From NCBI GenBank assembly GCA_035084275.1, contig CM068755.1, positions 12,338,001 to 12,402,000 of the forward strand: a DNA stretch of 64,000 bases, written 5' to 3'. The notes below the pieces were generated by a model. It was given only the letters and a program-made list of their open reading frames with translations, was not told the DNA's origin and searched no databases. The position numbers and the translations under genes are program-made. Of this stretch, positions 13,535 to 25,054 are shown one piece after another. The stretch's first letter is position 1. The number at the start of each line of letters is the position of its first letter. The stretch is from Hydrolagus colliei. Lineage: Eukaryota.

Positions 13535-14489
13535 CATCAAAACATTACGCAATTTGAAATTGCTGTATTTTGGAATTTGAAATCAGTGGAAGATCTGAAA
13601 TGTTAGATTCGTCACCAAAAGGAGCTTAAGTGCAATGTGATTTTTCTTTTTAAGTATTGTCTGCATAGACTTTTAGGAATGTGTCTGCTCATAATGAATG
13701 ATTGCACTTCTGAAAAATTGCTCCGGCATAATTGGCATCAAGAAAACTCACCAATGACCATAAGAGATATGGAACCATCATGTATCGTGCTTTGTCCTTG
13801 TTAAATTCATTCTTTCACAATATGACGCATTGATTGTCAAAAGAAAGATCTTTGGAACACCCTTTATCAATTTATTTTCCTGACGACTGGCCAGTGTTTC
13901 TGGAATAAAGCCAGTTTGAATTACTACACAATTCGTAATATCAGGCAACTGCCACTGAATTAAATCAAACAAAGCTTTAGTCAGCCCGTAAGGGTGAAGT
14001 TTGTCTTATTCCTGGAGAGGGTACTGAATGGTAGTGCCAATAAGCAGTAACGTCAGTTTCTGCTGGCATTACTTCAGTTGTAAAGTCTGAAGGCAAACTC
14101 CAAAAGCTGATTGCACTGAGCCGTAATTACTCAGAAACCACACATAAAACACAAATAATAAGAAAACCTGCATACACTCAGAATCGGAATGAAATGGGGG
14201 AATAAACATTTGGCCTGTACAGTACTGAATATGAATTGCTTTTGATTCCTTACCATTTAAATAGGCTCAACCTGCTAAAAGTAGATTTCATCTTTAACTT
14301 ATGGAGTGGATTCTTCATCATGTGTTAGATTTCAAATTTCAAATCTGTTACCCTCATTGCAATTGAACAGATGAAATTGTAGCCCAGTGAAACTTTTTTC
14401 ACATTTTTATAACATTTTAATTTGTTATTGTATTTTGTATTTGTATTTATAAAGCTAAGGCATTTTGTAAAGAATGTTTGCTATATATC

Positions 14490-14836
14490 AAATCCCTCCA
14501 TTCCTCTGCACCCCCCTACCTCTCTGACCTCCTCTCTCCTCAAACCAGCTCCCGTTGCCTTCACTCCACGGGGTCTGGCCTCCTCCATGTCCCCCGAATC
14601 CTCCGCTCCACCCTCGGCGGCCGTGCCTTCAGCCACTATGCCCCCGGAATTCCCTTCCTCACTACCTTCGCCCCACCCCCTCTTTTCTCAGCTTCAGGTC
14701 CCAGCTGAAGACCTTTCTCTTCGACCGCGCCTTTGGTCACCTTTCTACCCCTGCCCCGGTCCCGGGATTCACTATTGTGAAGCGCTCTGAGACGCCGTCC
14801 GGGGTGGAGGGCGCTATATAAATCAAAGTTGTTGTT
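14490..14836 (+). mobile_element. L2 LINE 3' fragment, relatively young (CpG-rich)
   Basis: The ORF 14478-14708 translation has SLHSSAPPYLSDLL...STLGGRAFSHYAP (L2 ORF2 C-terminus). It is followed by LKTFLF, the stem-loop tail GTGAAGCGCTCTGAGACG...GGCGCTATATAAAT and (GTT)n. Confidence 0.92.
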
Positions 14837-14997
14837 ATATAGAGCAGTGCTACATACTTATCAAACTAACTATGCTATGACTTCAACAATCCCACTGAAT
14901 CAGCTTTGATTTCTGATCATGACCTACAGAAAAGGGTGAGTTTCATCACCCGCCCCTGGGCCTATTGATTTAATTAAATCAGTGGTAATACTAGTTA

Positions 14998-15150
14998 CAA
15001 TAATCTTTACACCTGATTTAACACCTTTCAGGTCAGGTGGAGGTCTCAAAGCATTTCATAGGATTTACTGTAAAGTGATGTGACTATATTTTTATGGGTG
15101 AATGTACAAACACAATAGAACATATTCTGCAAGCAACAGCAGCGTACAAA
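14998..15150 (-). mobile_element. SINE 3' part, decayed
   Basis: GTCTCAAAGCATTTCATAGGATTTACTGTAAAG..TGACTATATTTT..GGTGAATGT is the reverse of the DeuSINE-type 3' end. Confidence 0.65.
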
Positions 15151-15406
15151 ATACAGACCATGATTAGAATTGATTTGAAGCTTTCACTCCAGAAAAGTCA
15201 AATTTACAAACGGACACAAATTAAAAGCTGCATCTTTTATTGTCTAGGAGTATTATTTGAAATTTTATTTATTGTCACACTATTATTTCATCACGGGAAA
15301 AATGCATGCATTTGACATTCTGGACATAAGAATTATTTATTTGCAGCTTAGCTGTGAGCACTTTTAAATGTGCATGGGAAGACTGAAGATCCCCAGAGTA
15401 GGTCGA

Positions 15407-15427
15407 GTCAGCAAGTGGGACAGCGCG
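15407..15427 (+). promoter_or_regulatory. Degenerate RE1/NRSE-like motif
   Basis: GTCAGCAAGTGGGACAGCGCG versus consensus TTCAGCACCNNGGACAGCGCC: the right half and spacing are canonical, but CC is replaced by AG in the left half. Confidence 0.25.
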
Positions 15428-16442
15428 ACTGTCAAAATGTAATGGTTAGCGGGGACCTGTGCAGCTGGGCGTTTTAATTAATCCTAGCAATGAAATTATA
15501 AGAGTTGTATTGCTTGCTAAATCCACAGTCAAGAAAGCAGGTTTACAGGATTTTTGCACAGATATGAATTTGTATTGTACAAGAATAACAGAAAAGTGTG
15601 TCACTGCTGCTGCATAGAAGTCTGGGGTCAGCTCCCTGTCACCTCACCATGTGTGCATTTCGTGCTCAGCGTTTTGTCAGCTCAAACTGGCAAACATTGA
15701 GTTTTGCCCAAAAAAATATTTGGAGCTATTACAGAGCATGAATTATAAATGTGCAGGGAAATGGAAGGGTGCAATGGGCCCACTTATGACACAAAAAAGG
15801 TATAAAATAATATTCAACAATGCAGTGAATGCCTTTATTCCATTTCTCTTTTATGGGAGCATCTGTTTGCTAACATTTCGGCCTGCTGCCATGTAAATAA
15901 TCACTAAATTAGTGAATGCATGTACAATTTCAGCTCGAGTATTATTACTGTCAAGTCAAACAATAAAGCCAGAGAGTGCTGAGGCTCTGTCGACTTATTC
16001 AAATGGGCAGTGTACAAAAAGAAGATTGAATCTCCAGCTTTTAAATGAGAATAAAGTTTACATTTTCATCGCTCAAGGACAAGAGGGGCATAAAACAATC
16101 CAATTTTAATTTAAATGGTTATCCATTTACAAAGAGGAAAGGTTAGTTTTTTGGAAAAAATCAGACTTAGTGGAATAAGCAATTACAAACTCTGGAATCA
16201 TTTCGACTTGTGTCTCATTGCTTTATTTGCAGATGACCCATTCATTTGAGAATGATGTGCTAGTTGTCACGTAACAAGCATTCTGTATTTTATTATTCCC
16301 AGGGCACAATGTTGTGGTCCTAACACCTATGTGATCAGTTGATTTTTTTAAAAATTGAATTAGCGATTTTTGGACACTAGTATTTCAATTGTTCACTAAT
16401 TTTCTCGGGGGGACGAATGCCAGCTTTTGATCAGTTTGACTA

Positions 16443-16946
16443 ATTTTTGCTGACACTGGCGGAGGCTGTTAGAATTGGCTAACCTTTGGATGTACATCGA
16501 CAATCTGAGGTTGCATTATGATTGATCATGTCGCCGTATTCGCCTGATAAAACCTAATCAGTGTTCAGAGCAATTTAAGTAATGAAAGCTCATTATCGGC
16601 ATTTGCCAAGTTTAAGAGTTTTTTTATGCTCTCCTACTCGTCAACCTTTAGGGACCTTATAGGATCAATCCTGTAGTATACAGAGCTTCACAGTGCCCCT
16701 GCAAACAGACAGAAAGATTTATTTTTGCTGACGTTGCTTAGACATGTATGCACCACCTAACCTTTCAATGTATATTGACAAGCTAAGGCTAGATTATGAT
16801 TGATCATGTTGGCCTCTTCATTACTTAAAACCTAATCAGTGTTCTGAGTAATTTGAGTAATGATAGCTCATTATCGGCATTTGCTGAACTTAAGAGTTTC
16901 TTTTCCTTTACTCCGTGCCAACCTTTAGAGACTCGCTAGGATCAAT
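16443..16946. repeat. Diverged direct duplication, period 278 bp (16443-16669 / 16721-16946)
   Basis: Hand alignment of 16479-16618 with 16757-16896 gives 113/140 identical with no gaps. ATTTTTGCTGAC lies upstream at the same offset and AGGATCAAT downstream at offset 277. Confidence 0.92.
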
Positions 16947-17170
16947 TTGAGAGAGAAGGTGGCCTTATGACATCCTACAAACCACACCCATCAATTAAAA
17001 ACATCCCTTGCTGACTGTTTTGTGGTTTGGACTGTGTGAAGTCACAGTTAACAAGAGCGCAAAGAATACATTGGCCTTTGCTTCAGGTATGTTTCTTAAG
17101 GCTAATAACTTGAACTCCAGTTCCATAGGAAGCTCTCCCACCCAGCACCGCAACACAACAAACAAATGCT

Positions 17171-17220
17171 GGATGTCTTCCCAATGTGAAAGGCGCTATA
17201 TAAGTGGAATTTGTTGTTGT
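17171..17220 (+). mobile_element. Isolated L2 3' tail
   Basis: GGATGTCTTCCCAATGTGAAAGGCGCTATATAAGTGGAATTTGTTGTTGT. Confidence 0.8.
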
Positions 17221-19315
17221 CATTGTGGCTCTAATGAATTTGTTCTATTAATACATAACAATTGTGTCAGATCAGTTGGGAAATAAATACCAATACAGTG
17301 TATATGGGTAATAGGTGCAAAGGTATGGTAATGAACTTATTTATGTTCTTAAAAGAACTTTAAAATACATAACATGTAACCCTGTAGCAAAATATATTTG
17401 GATAAAAGACACCCAAGCTGTTATGTGAGCAACAATGAAGAAATTGCCATTTTATTTGTGACAAATAAGACAAGTACTGCATGTAATAACCCATAAATTA
17501 CTTTGATTTGCAATCTGAGGGTAGATCAGTGTACAAAACATGTGGTACTAGCGCAACATATAGAATATCTTTTAGGGTACACCTATGAAGTACTCTTCCA
17601 TTGCAAGACATGAGCCAGTTTCAGTGCCTGGTAGGAGTGTTGAAGAATAGCATTCTCCATGCTCTGTATATTGCAATTTAGTTCAGAATTGCTTCCAACA
17701 AAGTTTAAAAAATCTGTTGTGGAGAAACACCGATTCAGCATTTAATGCATGAACAGAACTGAATGAGTTTATGAAGCATATTGCCTCTTTGGAAATGCAC
17801 AGTACAATAAGTCTTTCACTCTATGCAGACATTCTGTAAAGCACTGGAGTCTGTCACTGAACACTTGGGCATGAGTTGCCATAGAAACAGGACACATTCC
17901 AACTTATATTTTTGTTGGTTGGTATCTTTTAACACGGTAAAATATTGTCTCTGATGAATAGAAAATGCAATGTCACTCTCTGCAGTTTCTGTAAAACCTG
18001 GGTATGATTTACAAAGTTAAAACACAAACAAAAGTTGTAAATGGTGTATTTTTATATAACAATGACAAAATGACATCTGTATTTCACATCAGGAGTAACT
18101 TGAGCTTTGCTTTACAGATTGATTGAGTTCCTATCTTCTAATTCACTTCTAGCCATTGACATCGCCTGTTTGCTTCAATAATAAAGAACGTTGGATGGTA
18201 TGCATTTTGCGCATCTTTGGGTACTTTTGCCTCCGAAAAAAGTCGAGACATTTTCAATGCTGTATTACAATGGTGCTTTGCCAGTCGTGGAATGTTGCTC
18301 CCTTGACTCATGATGGAGAGAGGCTCAGATTAAGTGTTTCCACCTGTTGGAACACCAAGCATTTTTCAACCAAGGTTAACCCAAGAGCAGCATTTGGAAA
18401 TACTTTATAAAAGTACGCTAAACCTCAAGGGAGAACCCACAGCAAATCCTGCTGGTTCAATATAAGGAAATCCAACTTAATTCTGCAACTAGTGAGAAAT
18501 TCATTTGTTTTGAAGGAAGTGCCAGGGTAATTTCAACTAAACAAGATGCATCTAGGGTAGAATGTTTATTTTGGTTCATGCCTATTATGGACCCATTTAT
18601 ATTGGCAAAGATTGAAATGAAATGCCAGTTTTTTTTGCTTTATCATCAAAAGAAACTAACAGGACTAGGACCCATGTACTCTATTAATAGATTTGGGATT
18701 AACTGATGGTGGCATTTTATTATTAGAAACTAAAACAGTGTTTTTGCAAATGTAACCATACGTCCAGCCTCCCATTAACCCTGCCTTAACCTAGCCTGTT
18801 GAACCTGAATCACACTTACATTACAGTAAAAATAAACGTCGCTGTAATAACATTACTGCAAAAAATTAAATGAACTAGTTAATGGAAGGATTAAGTACTC
18901 CAAAAATATTTCTTCAGATGAAAGAACGATTAAGTATTAAATCTTTTATTCACTTGGCTCAATACTCGGAAACCAGCCAGCGATTTTAAATATGGCATGT
19001 ATCATTAATATTGAAACATTAATGAAAGTCTCATGACACTATTTGTTTCATTGTTTCAGCCAGATAGATATGGATTTAATAACTTTCTAAATAGTATTGT
19101 GTTCTTCCCCCACCCACCACCACTTTGTTTTGTGATTTGGTGCCAGGAATGGACTACTGAGAAGGGAAGTCGATCATTAATTTCAAACCAAAAATGAGAC
19201 AAATTGATTTTTTACCTGGTGGAAACAAACAGCATAAACGTAGCATGAAAAGCAATGCTTTGGGCTGTGAGTATGGAAAGCACAACACAGTTACTTTTGC
19301 AGATTCTAACCATCA

Positions 19316-19613
19316 AGCCTTGTGGAGTCAGTGGTTAGAGCACTCGCCTTGCAAGCGGGAGACCTGGGTTCAATTCCAGGCCGAGTGAAATCTTGGGCAA
19401 GTTTCCTTTATGCATATGCTTGATAATAATCCCTAAAAAAAAGAATTGTTATTTCAATCCACGACTGTTTGTGACACTGCTGTGAGCAACTGCCTGCCAC
19501 ATTTCATCCACAAAAATAATACAGTCAATTCACTTTACATATATTCCGTGAAGTGCTTTGAGACGTCTAGAAGACATGAAAGCGCTATATCAAATGCAAG
19601 GATTGTTATTACT
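19316..19613 (+). mobile_element. Full-length tRNA(Ala-TGC-like)-headed SINE with L2-type tail
   Basis: A-box-like TGGAGTCAGTGG, anticodon arm CTCGC-CTTGCAA-GCGGG, B box GGTTCAATTCC (19367-19377), body, then tail GTGAAGTGCTTTGAGACGTC...AAAGCGCTATATCAAATGCAAGG. Confidence 0.9.
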
Positions 19614-19942
19614 ACAAAAGACATTCCACAATAAGTGTCTTTGAGGAGCTGTTTTTTCTGCAAAATAGACATGATCATCAGATAGGACTGCTGGATAATT
19701 AATTTAAAAAGTAACTCCAAAGGTTTTTATTTTTAAACCCTAACTTTCTTGATGGAATTTTTTAATAAGAATGCAAGCCAGTAGCCAGGACTATCTCACA
19801 ACCTATCGCCAACCTACAGGGAACTCAACTGATTCAATGTACTTATAAGATAGAGTTTCCCCAGGTTACTAGAAATTCTACAATGATTCTTCATGAAGGA
19901 AAAAAAACATTCTGAAAGAACTACTGTATGTAAACTGTACAA

Positions 19943-19989
19943 TGTCCTCCCAGTGTGAAAACTACTATATGAAATGGAAATTCATGTTG
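19943..19989 (+). mobile_element. Decayed isolated L2 3' tail
   Basis: TGTCCTCCCAGTGTGAAAACTACTATATGAAATGGAAATT... Confidence 0.55.
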
Positions 19990-20018
19990 CATTCTTTTTG
20001 TTTGGATTTGGCACCTGA

Positions 20019-20080
20019 TAACAACAACAACAAAATTACATTGATAGAGTGCCTTTCACGTCGGGAGGACATCCCAAGGC
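20019..20080 (-). mobile_element. Isolated L2 3' tail
   Basis: (AAC)n AAAATTACATTGATAGAGTGCCTTTCACGTCGGGAGGACATCCCAAGGC. Confidence 0.88.
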
Positions 20081-20535
20081 TCCGATAAGCAAATAATCGC
20101 TTATCACTGGTGATGACTAGGCAGCGACTGACTTAAGGGACCTTAAGATCAATTCCATGTCAACAGTTTACAATTTCACCTGTTTAGCTTTCAATTCTCC
20201 CTGCATGCCACATAATATAAAATTGGCTGACCCTCTAAGGCAAAGATTGGCCTCGTGTTTCATAGTACGCAATAATGGTTCCATGCGCTGATCAATAAAA
20301 CCGTTGTGAACTAAATGAATATGTTAAAATAATGAATACAGACAATTATACTTCTGCCATCTCCTGATAGCAGTCTTGTAGTAAAGAAAAGTGCTAAAAA
20401 GTTCGCAAGGCAAATGAAGGAAAACTAAAGCAAACCTGTCTCTATAGATGATATCTTTAATGTCTGAACATTGGATATCAAAAGCTCTGTATTTAGGTTC
20501 CAAAGATCTCTAGGTTTCTAATATATCTTCTCCCA

Positions 20536-21693
20536 GCATTGTTCTTCATGGACCTGCTCTCACCTGGTTTGAGTCTTACCTTTCTTACCGTCTCCATATT
20601 GTCACCGCTAATGGCTTCTCCTCCAGCCCCCACTGTGTTACCTGTGGCATTGTTACCTGTGGCATCCCCCAGGGCTCTGTCCTTGGTTCCCTGCTTTTCA
20701 GTATTTACATGCCACAAAATCAAAATATTGGTGACATCATCCGCAGACATGGGGGCAACTTCCACATGTATGCGGATGACACCCGACTCTATCTTTCTGC
20801 CTCTACCCTTGACTTCAGGACCACTGCTGTCCTGACAGGCTGCCTGTCAGACATCAAGTCCTGGATGAGAGCTAGCTTTCTACAGTTGAATGACAACAAG
20901 ACCGAGGCCTTCCTGATTGGCTAACTCCAATGTTATCACACATCAGGCACTGATTACATCAATCTCTATGGTTGCACACTCAACCTCACCAAGACAGTCA
21001 GGAACCTAGTTGTCTTGTTTGATCCTCAACTGTCTTTTCTCACCCACATCCAAGCCATGACCCACTCTGTCTTCCCTCAATATTGCTCGACCACCACTAC
21101 CTCAACCCTCATGCCGCTGAAACCCTCATTCATTCCTTCATCACATTCAGGCTTGACTATGTCAATGCCCAACTTGCTAACTTTCTCAATTCCTCCCTCC
21201 ACAGGCTGCAAATAATCCAGAATTCTGTGACCGCTTTACTGCTCCAAGCTCCCCCATTCTTACCCGACTCCATTGGATCGCCATTATCCAGAGGAATCAA
21301 TTAAAGATCCTGGTCCTCACATTCAAAGCCCTCTGTGGCCTTGCCCCACCCTACCTCTGCAATCTCCTAACCTTCTACCAACCTGCCCACCCTCTCAGTT
21401 CACCAGGCCCCAGCCTGCTCCATGTCCCCAGATCCACCCGCCCCACTATTGGCACACGAGCCTCCAGCAACCCTGCCCCTAACCTCTGGAATTTCATACT
21501 GCAGTCCCTCCGCCTCACCACTCCCTAGCCTCCTTCAAGTCCCAGCTCAAGACTCTCCATTTTGACGGCCCCATTGGATCCCCCCTAATAACCCCACTTC
21601 CCTCCACCCTCTCCATTCCCAACCAGCGCCTTGTGACGTCCTCCTGATGTGAAAGGTGCTATACAAGTGTAATTTTGTTGTTGTTATTGTTGT
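20536..21693 (+). mobile_element. L2 (CR1/L2 group) LINE, 5'-truncated, ORF2 reverse transcriptase pseudogene
   Basis: Translates as ALTWFESYLSYR...GIPQGSVLGSLLFSIYM...FHMYADDTRLYLS...IKSWM...FLQLNDNKTEAFLIG, later ETLIHSFITFRLDYVN and RLQIIQN. Contains stops and frameshifts, an in-frame 15-bp duplication (20636-20665), and ends in the stem-loop tail plus (TTG)n. Confidence 0.97.
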
Positions 21694-21782
21694 TCTACAT
21701 TTCTGTGTCTAAACATTCTTCAACTTGAGCTAGATAATAATTAAAAGAGATCTAAATCCTTTAGTGACCTCTGAAAGGATTG

Positions 21783-21875
21783 AACAAACAATATTACATT
21801 TGCATAGCCCGTTTCACATTGGGAGGACATCTCAAAGTGCTGACAGAGCAGGGATAGGGGTGTGGGGTGTGCTGC
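21783..21875 (-). mobile_element. L2 3' end
   Basis: AACAATATTACATTTGCATAGCCCGTTTCACATTGGGAGGACATCTCAAAGTGCT followed by purine-rich 3' UTR complement. Confidence 0.75.
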
Positions 21876-22532
21876 AGAAAGCAAAACTGTGCCAGGGAGG
21901 GGGTGTGCTGTTTCATGTCGGTATTTCAAATTACCTGCAGAAAAGTCAGGAATATGTGACGCTGGTTCTGAACAACAAGGGATGATAGACTGATCCCAAC
22001 TTACCAAAGTGGTAAAAAAAAACGGAACAGATGTCAATGTTGCATCAAAGAGAATCGTCAAGTAACCTGGAGAATACACGAGAGTATTGGGAGGTTCTCT
22101 GTACTCCCTCAAGCTGCACTGGTGTGTCATTCTCTGAAGGTTTATTGAGTACTCTGAAAATATAGCACAGCTGGGAGTACATTTCCTACCTGGATTCAAC
22201 ATATTTTTTCCTTTGTTTCAAAGGCCTGGCCATATTGTTCAGTGTTCGAAGCAATTTTTCACATAGCAAATAATAGTTGGAACTATTTAACAATGGGATT
22301 AACTCTGATCACTGGCCATTTTTAACATCATTGTGCTTTTAGCCAGAATAACTCTAATGGTAATTACTTTCTATCTGCCAATGTATTGTTGGCTATAAAT
22401 CATTTACAAATGCAAAGTGACTTTTTTTTAAGAATCCTGGTATTCTAATAGTGGCAAAAAAAAATGCGATTTGAAAAAGAATCACTGATTTGGTTCTGTG
22501 TCATTATAATGTTTTTTAAAAGTACATACTGT

Positions 22533-22749
22533 ATAATAATAATAAGAAGAATCTCTGAATTTGATATAGCGCTTTTCACATGTTCTAGACATCTCAAAGT
22601 GCTTCACAGAATATACTGCAAAGTGAATTGACTGTACATATGTGGGGAAACACGGCAGCCAATTGCGCAAAGCAGTGTCCCACAAACAGTTGTTGATTGA
22701 AATGACCAATTTATTATTGGTTTTTTTGAGGGATTATTATAAGGCATAT
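22533..22749 (-). mobile_element. SINE body and tail (head missing)
   Basis: Reverse complement is colinear with ~36425-36630. Confidence 0.9.
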
Positions 22750-24031
22750 CAATGCTTTGCTTCTTTGTGTTTATTACAAAGACAAGGGAAGTTATGACCA
22801 TGAGGTCAAATGCACAAAACCAGTCAGCATGCATCATGCTTCAAATTGCAATGTTTGAAAACACTCTAAATGGAATATTGTGATTTTGTGGTATGCAATT
22901 GTCACAACCCCAATTGTGCTATAAGTGAACCCAAGTTTTAGTGTATTACTTTAGTTTGTATAGATGCTCCTTCAATAACACTTCTTGTAATGGGTGCAGA
23001 TTCCACATATATATATGGTTTGCATGATGATAATAACAGATCCATTGCAGCAAAAAGTATGGAACCCTGTTATCCCTTCTGAAGATGAAAATATAAAGGG
23101 ATATATTCTCCCATCCCTTTAAGCAATCACAAGGATTAGATAGCAGATTAGAATGAAACCAGTTGTGGTTCCTATAACAAATGGCAGCAAAGAGCACCAC
23201 CAATGAGCCAGGCAGACTCGATTTCCAGCAGATATTCAAATCATAGACAATTAGAGCGAAGAATGAGACATTTTGTTCTTTGAACCCATTGTGATTAATT
23301 CATCCACAGCAGCAATACATACTGATTGTGGTTTCTTACTCTTTCCAGTACCGTTTAGTTTTGTATCTTTTAAACTGTATATGATGGATATCCATGGTGT
23401 ACTTCCGAATGTTTTATGAAACAATTACAGAATCAATCTACACATACCAATGCTGAGAATGAACTAAAAAGATATATCTACAATACTGTGTTCGAAAATA
23501 ACAGAATTCCTTCATATCAAAAACACTCAGGCAAATTTTTGCACTCATGATTGTCTAAATCAATGCAGGGGAAATCGTTCCTCTCAACTCGTGATTTAGT
23601 TTCATATTTTGTTGTTACAGCTGCACATTAATGGGTCCATAATGTTTTGCTAATGGGCCTTCGCCATATGAACTTTGTCTTTCACATGCCGTAATTGTGC
23701 ATCTATGGAGTTTCTGACAATTTTTGAAAGTAGTCATAAAAAGTTGCAAAATTGAATTGAGCTGCACCCAACAAAATGTTTTCTAAAAGAAAAACAATCT
23801 TCACCATGGTGAAATATGGAAAAAAAAAATAGATTTAAAAATAAATCGTCCCCCTCCCTTATTCACTTTGCAGATTGCTTGTTGTGGAAACTTCTACCGG
23901 TTGATTTCAAGCAGTATAAGCTGTTGATTCTCCAGAACTGTGGCCTGCACCATTCCTTCATTTACACATAGAAGGTGTGATCTGAGGGGATGTTAGCTGG
24001 CTGATATCAGTGACCTCTTCCCATCTTTCTT

Positions 24032-24088
24032 AACAACAACAACAAAATTAAACTTGTATAGAGCCTTTCACGTCAGGATGACTTCCCC
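24032..24088 (-). mobile_element. Isolated L2 3' tail
   Basis: (AAC)n AAAATTAAACTTGTATAGAGCCTTTCACGTCAGGATGAC. Confidence 0.85.
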
Positions 24089-24912
24089 TTTCCACAAGAT
24101 TAATTTGTTAATGTTCGATGGAGTTCACCAATCTTGACAAGGCAGGCAAAACAAAAGACTGGGCTTGTAGAACTTCTGTTTGGAAGTGAATGCCGATTGA
24201 TTCATACATATTCTTACACAATTGAACCAGAGTTGGAATTGGCTCCAACAGATATGTGAAGGATTTTTCAGTAGCCAATGAATGTTTCCAACAGTGCAAA
24301 CTCTTGCTTGTCTGTTTAAATGGAGTGCCCATTATGCATTCTGTCTGAATGCATTCTGTATGGAAGAGAAACATAAACATCTCGTAGACTGGGGATTAAA
24401 AAGAAATGGAGGGAGAGTTCAAACCATTTCAGGATTGAAAATTTGAGATCTCCATTCATTCGCATCTCAATATAAGATCTCAATCTGCTTGAATGAGTAC
24501 ATAAATGTTTTTACAATTGTGACTCTCTCACCCTTCCATCTTGCAATTCTTACCACTGTGCTGTTATAGGAAACTGTTCTTAATAGATATTAGGTGATGG
24601 AAAATGTCTGTTTTGTCACAGTGTGAAAGAAATTCAGGTTAAAGGATTAATGCATACATAATGGCCTAGCTTTTCAGAAAAAATAGTTTGTACCATTGCA
24701 TAATCAGAATAAATTGCAGTGTAATGTAAAATCATTTGGAAGATAAAGAAATATAAAATACACTTTAAAAAAGTAGTTTTCCAAATAGAAAGGGCAAAGA
24801 TATTACAGAAATAGAAAATATTCAGCTGCAAAACATAGCTGAGTGTTAAGACAGCTCAAGATTCACCAAAGAAATCTATTCAAAATACCAGTACTGCAGT
24901 GTGTTTATTTGG

Positions 24913-25054
24913 AGTGGCTGTTTGTGGGACGTTGCTTTAGGTGAATTAGCTGCCTTGTTCTCCTACAACATGCAGTGACTACACATTATAATAATTTTGT
25001 GTGATATGTTTTGAGATGCCTTCCTGCCATGAAAGGCACTTGAAGAAATGCAAA
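24913..25054 (+). mobile_element. DeuSINE-type 3' part
   Basis: GCTGTTTGTGGGACGTTGCT...TTAGCTGCC...CCTACA..CAGTGACTACAC...TTTGAGATGCC...TGAAAGGCACT..AAATGCAA. Confidence 0.75.

Noticed and set aside
14422-14821. Pro/Ser-rich overlapping ORFs
   Set aside because: Alternative frames of the C-rich L2 fragment.
16490-16525. Apparent synonymous pattern MYIDNLRLHYD / MYIDKLRLDYD between the duplicated copies
   Set aside because: Only 11 codons before TGA in both copies, and conservation is stronger beyond the stop. A micro-ORF is not excluded but is unsupported.
18768-18889. 12-bp imperfect inverted pair CCTCCCATTAAC / GTTAATGGAAGG
   Set aside because: No TSD and no second copy; compatible with chance or an unrecognisable MITE.
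19321-19385. tRNA-Ala(TGC)-like sequence
   Set aside because: SINE head: no intact acceptor stem, and it continues into SINE body and tail.
21741-22202. 153-aa minus-strand ORF
   Set aside because: Overlaps an L2 3' end, has no recognisable domain and no convincing splice context.
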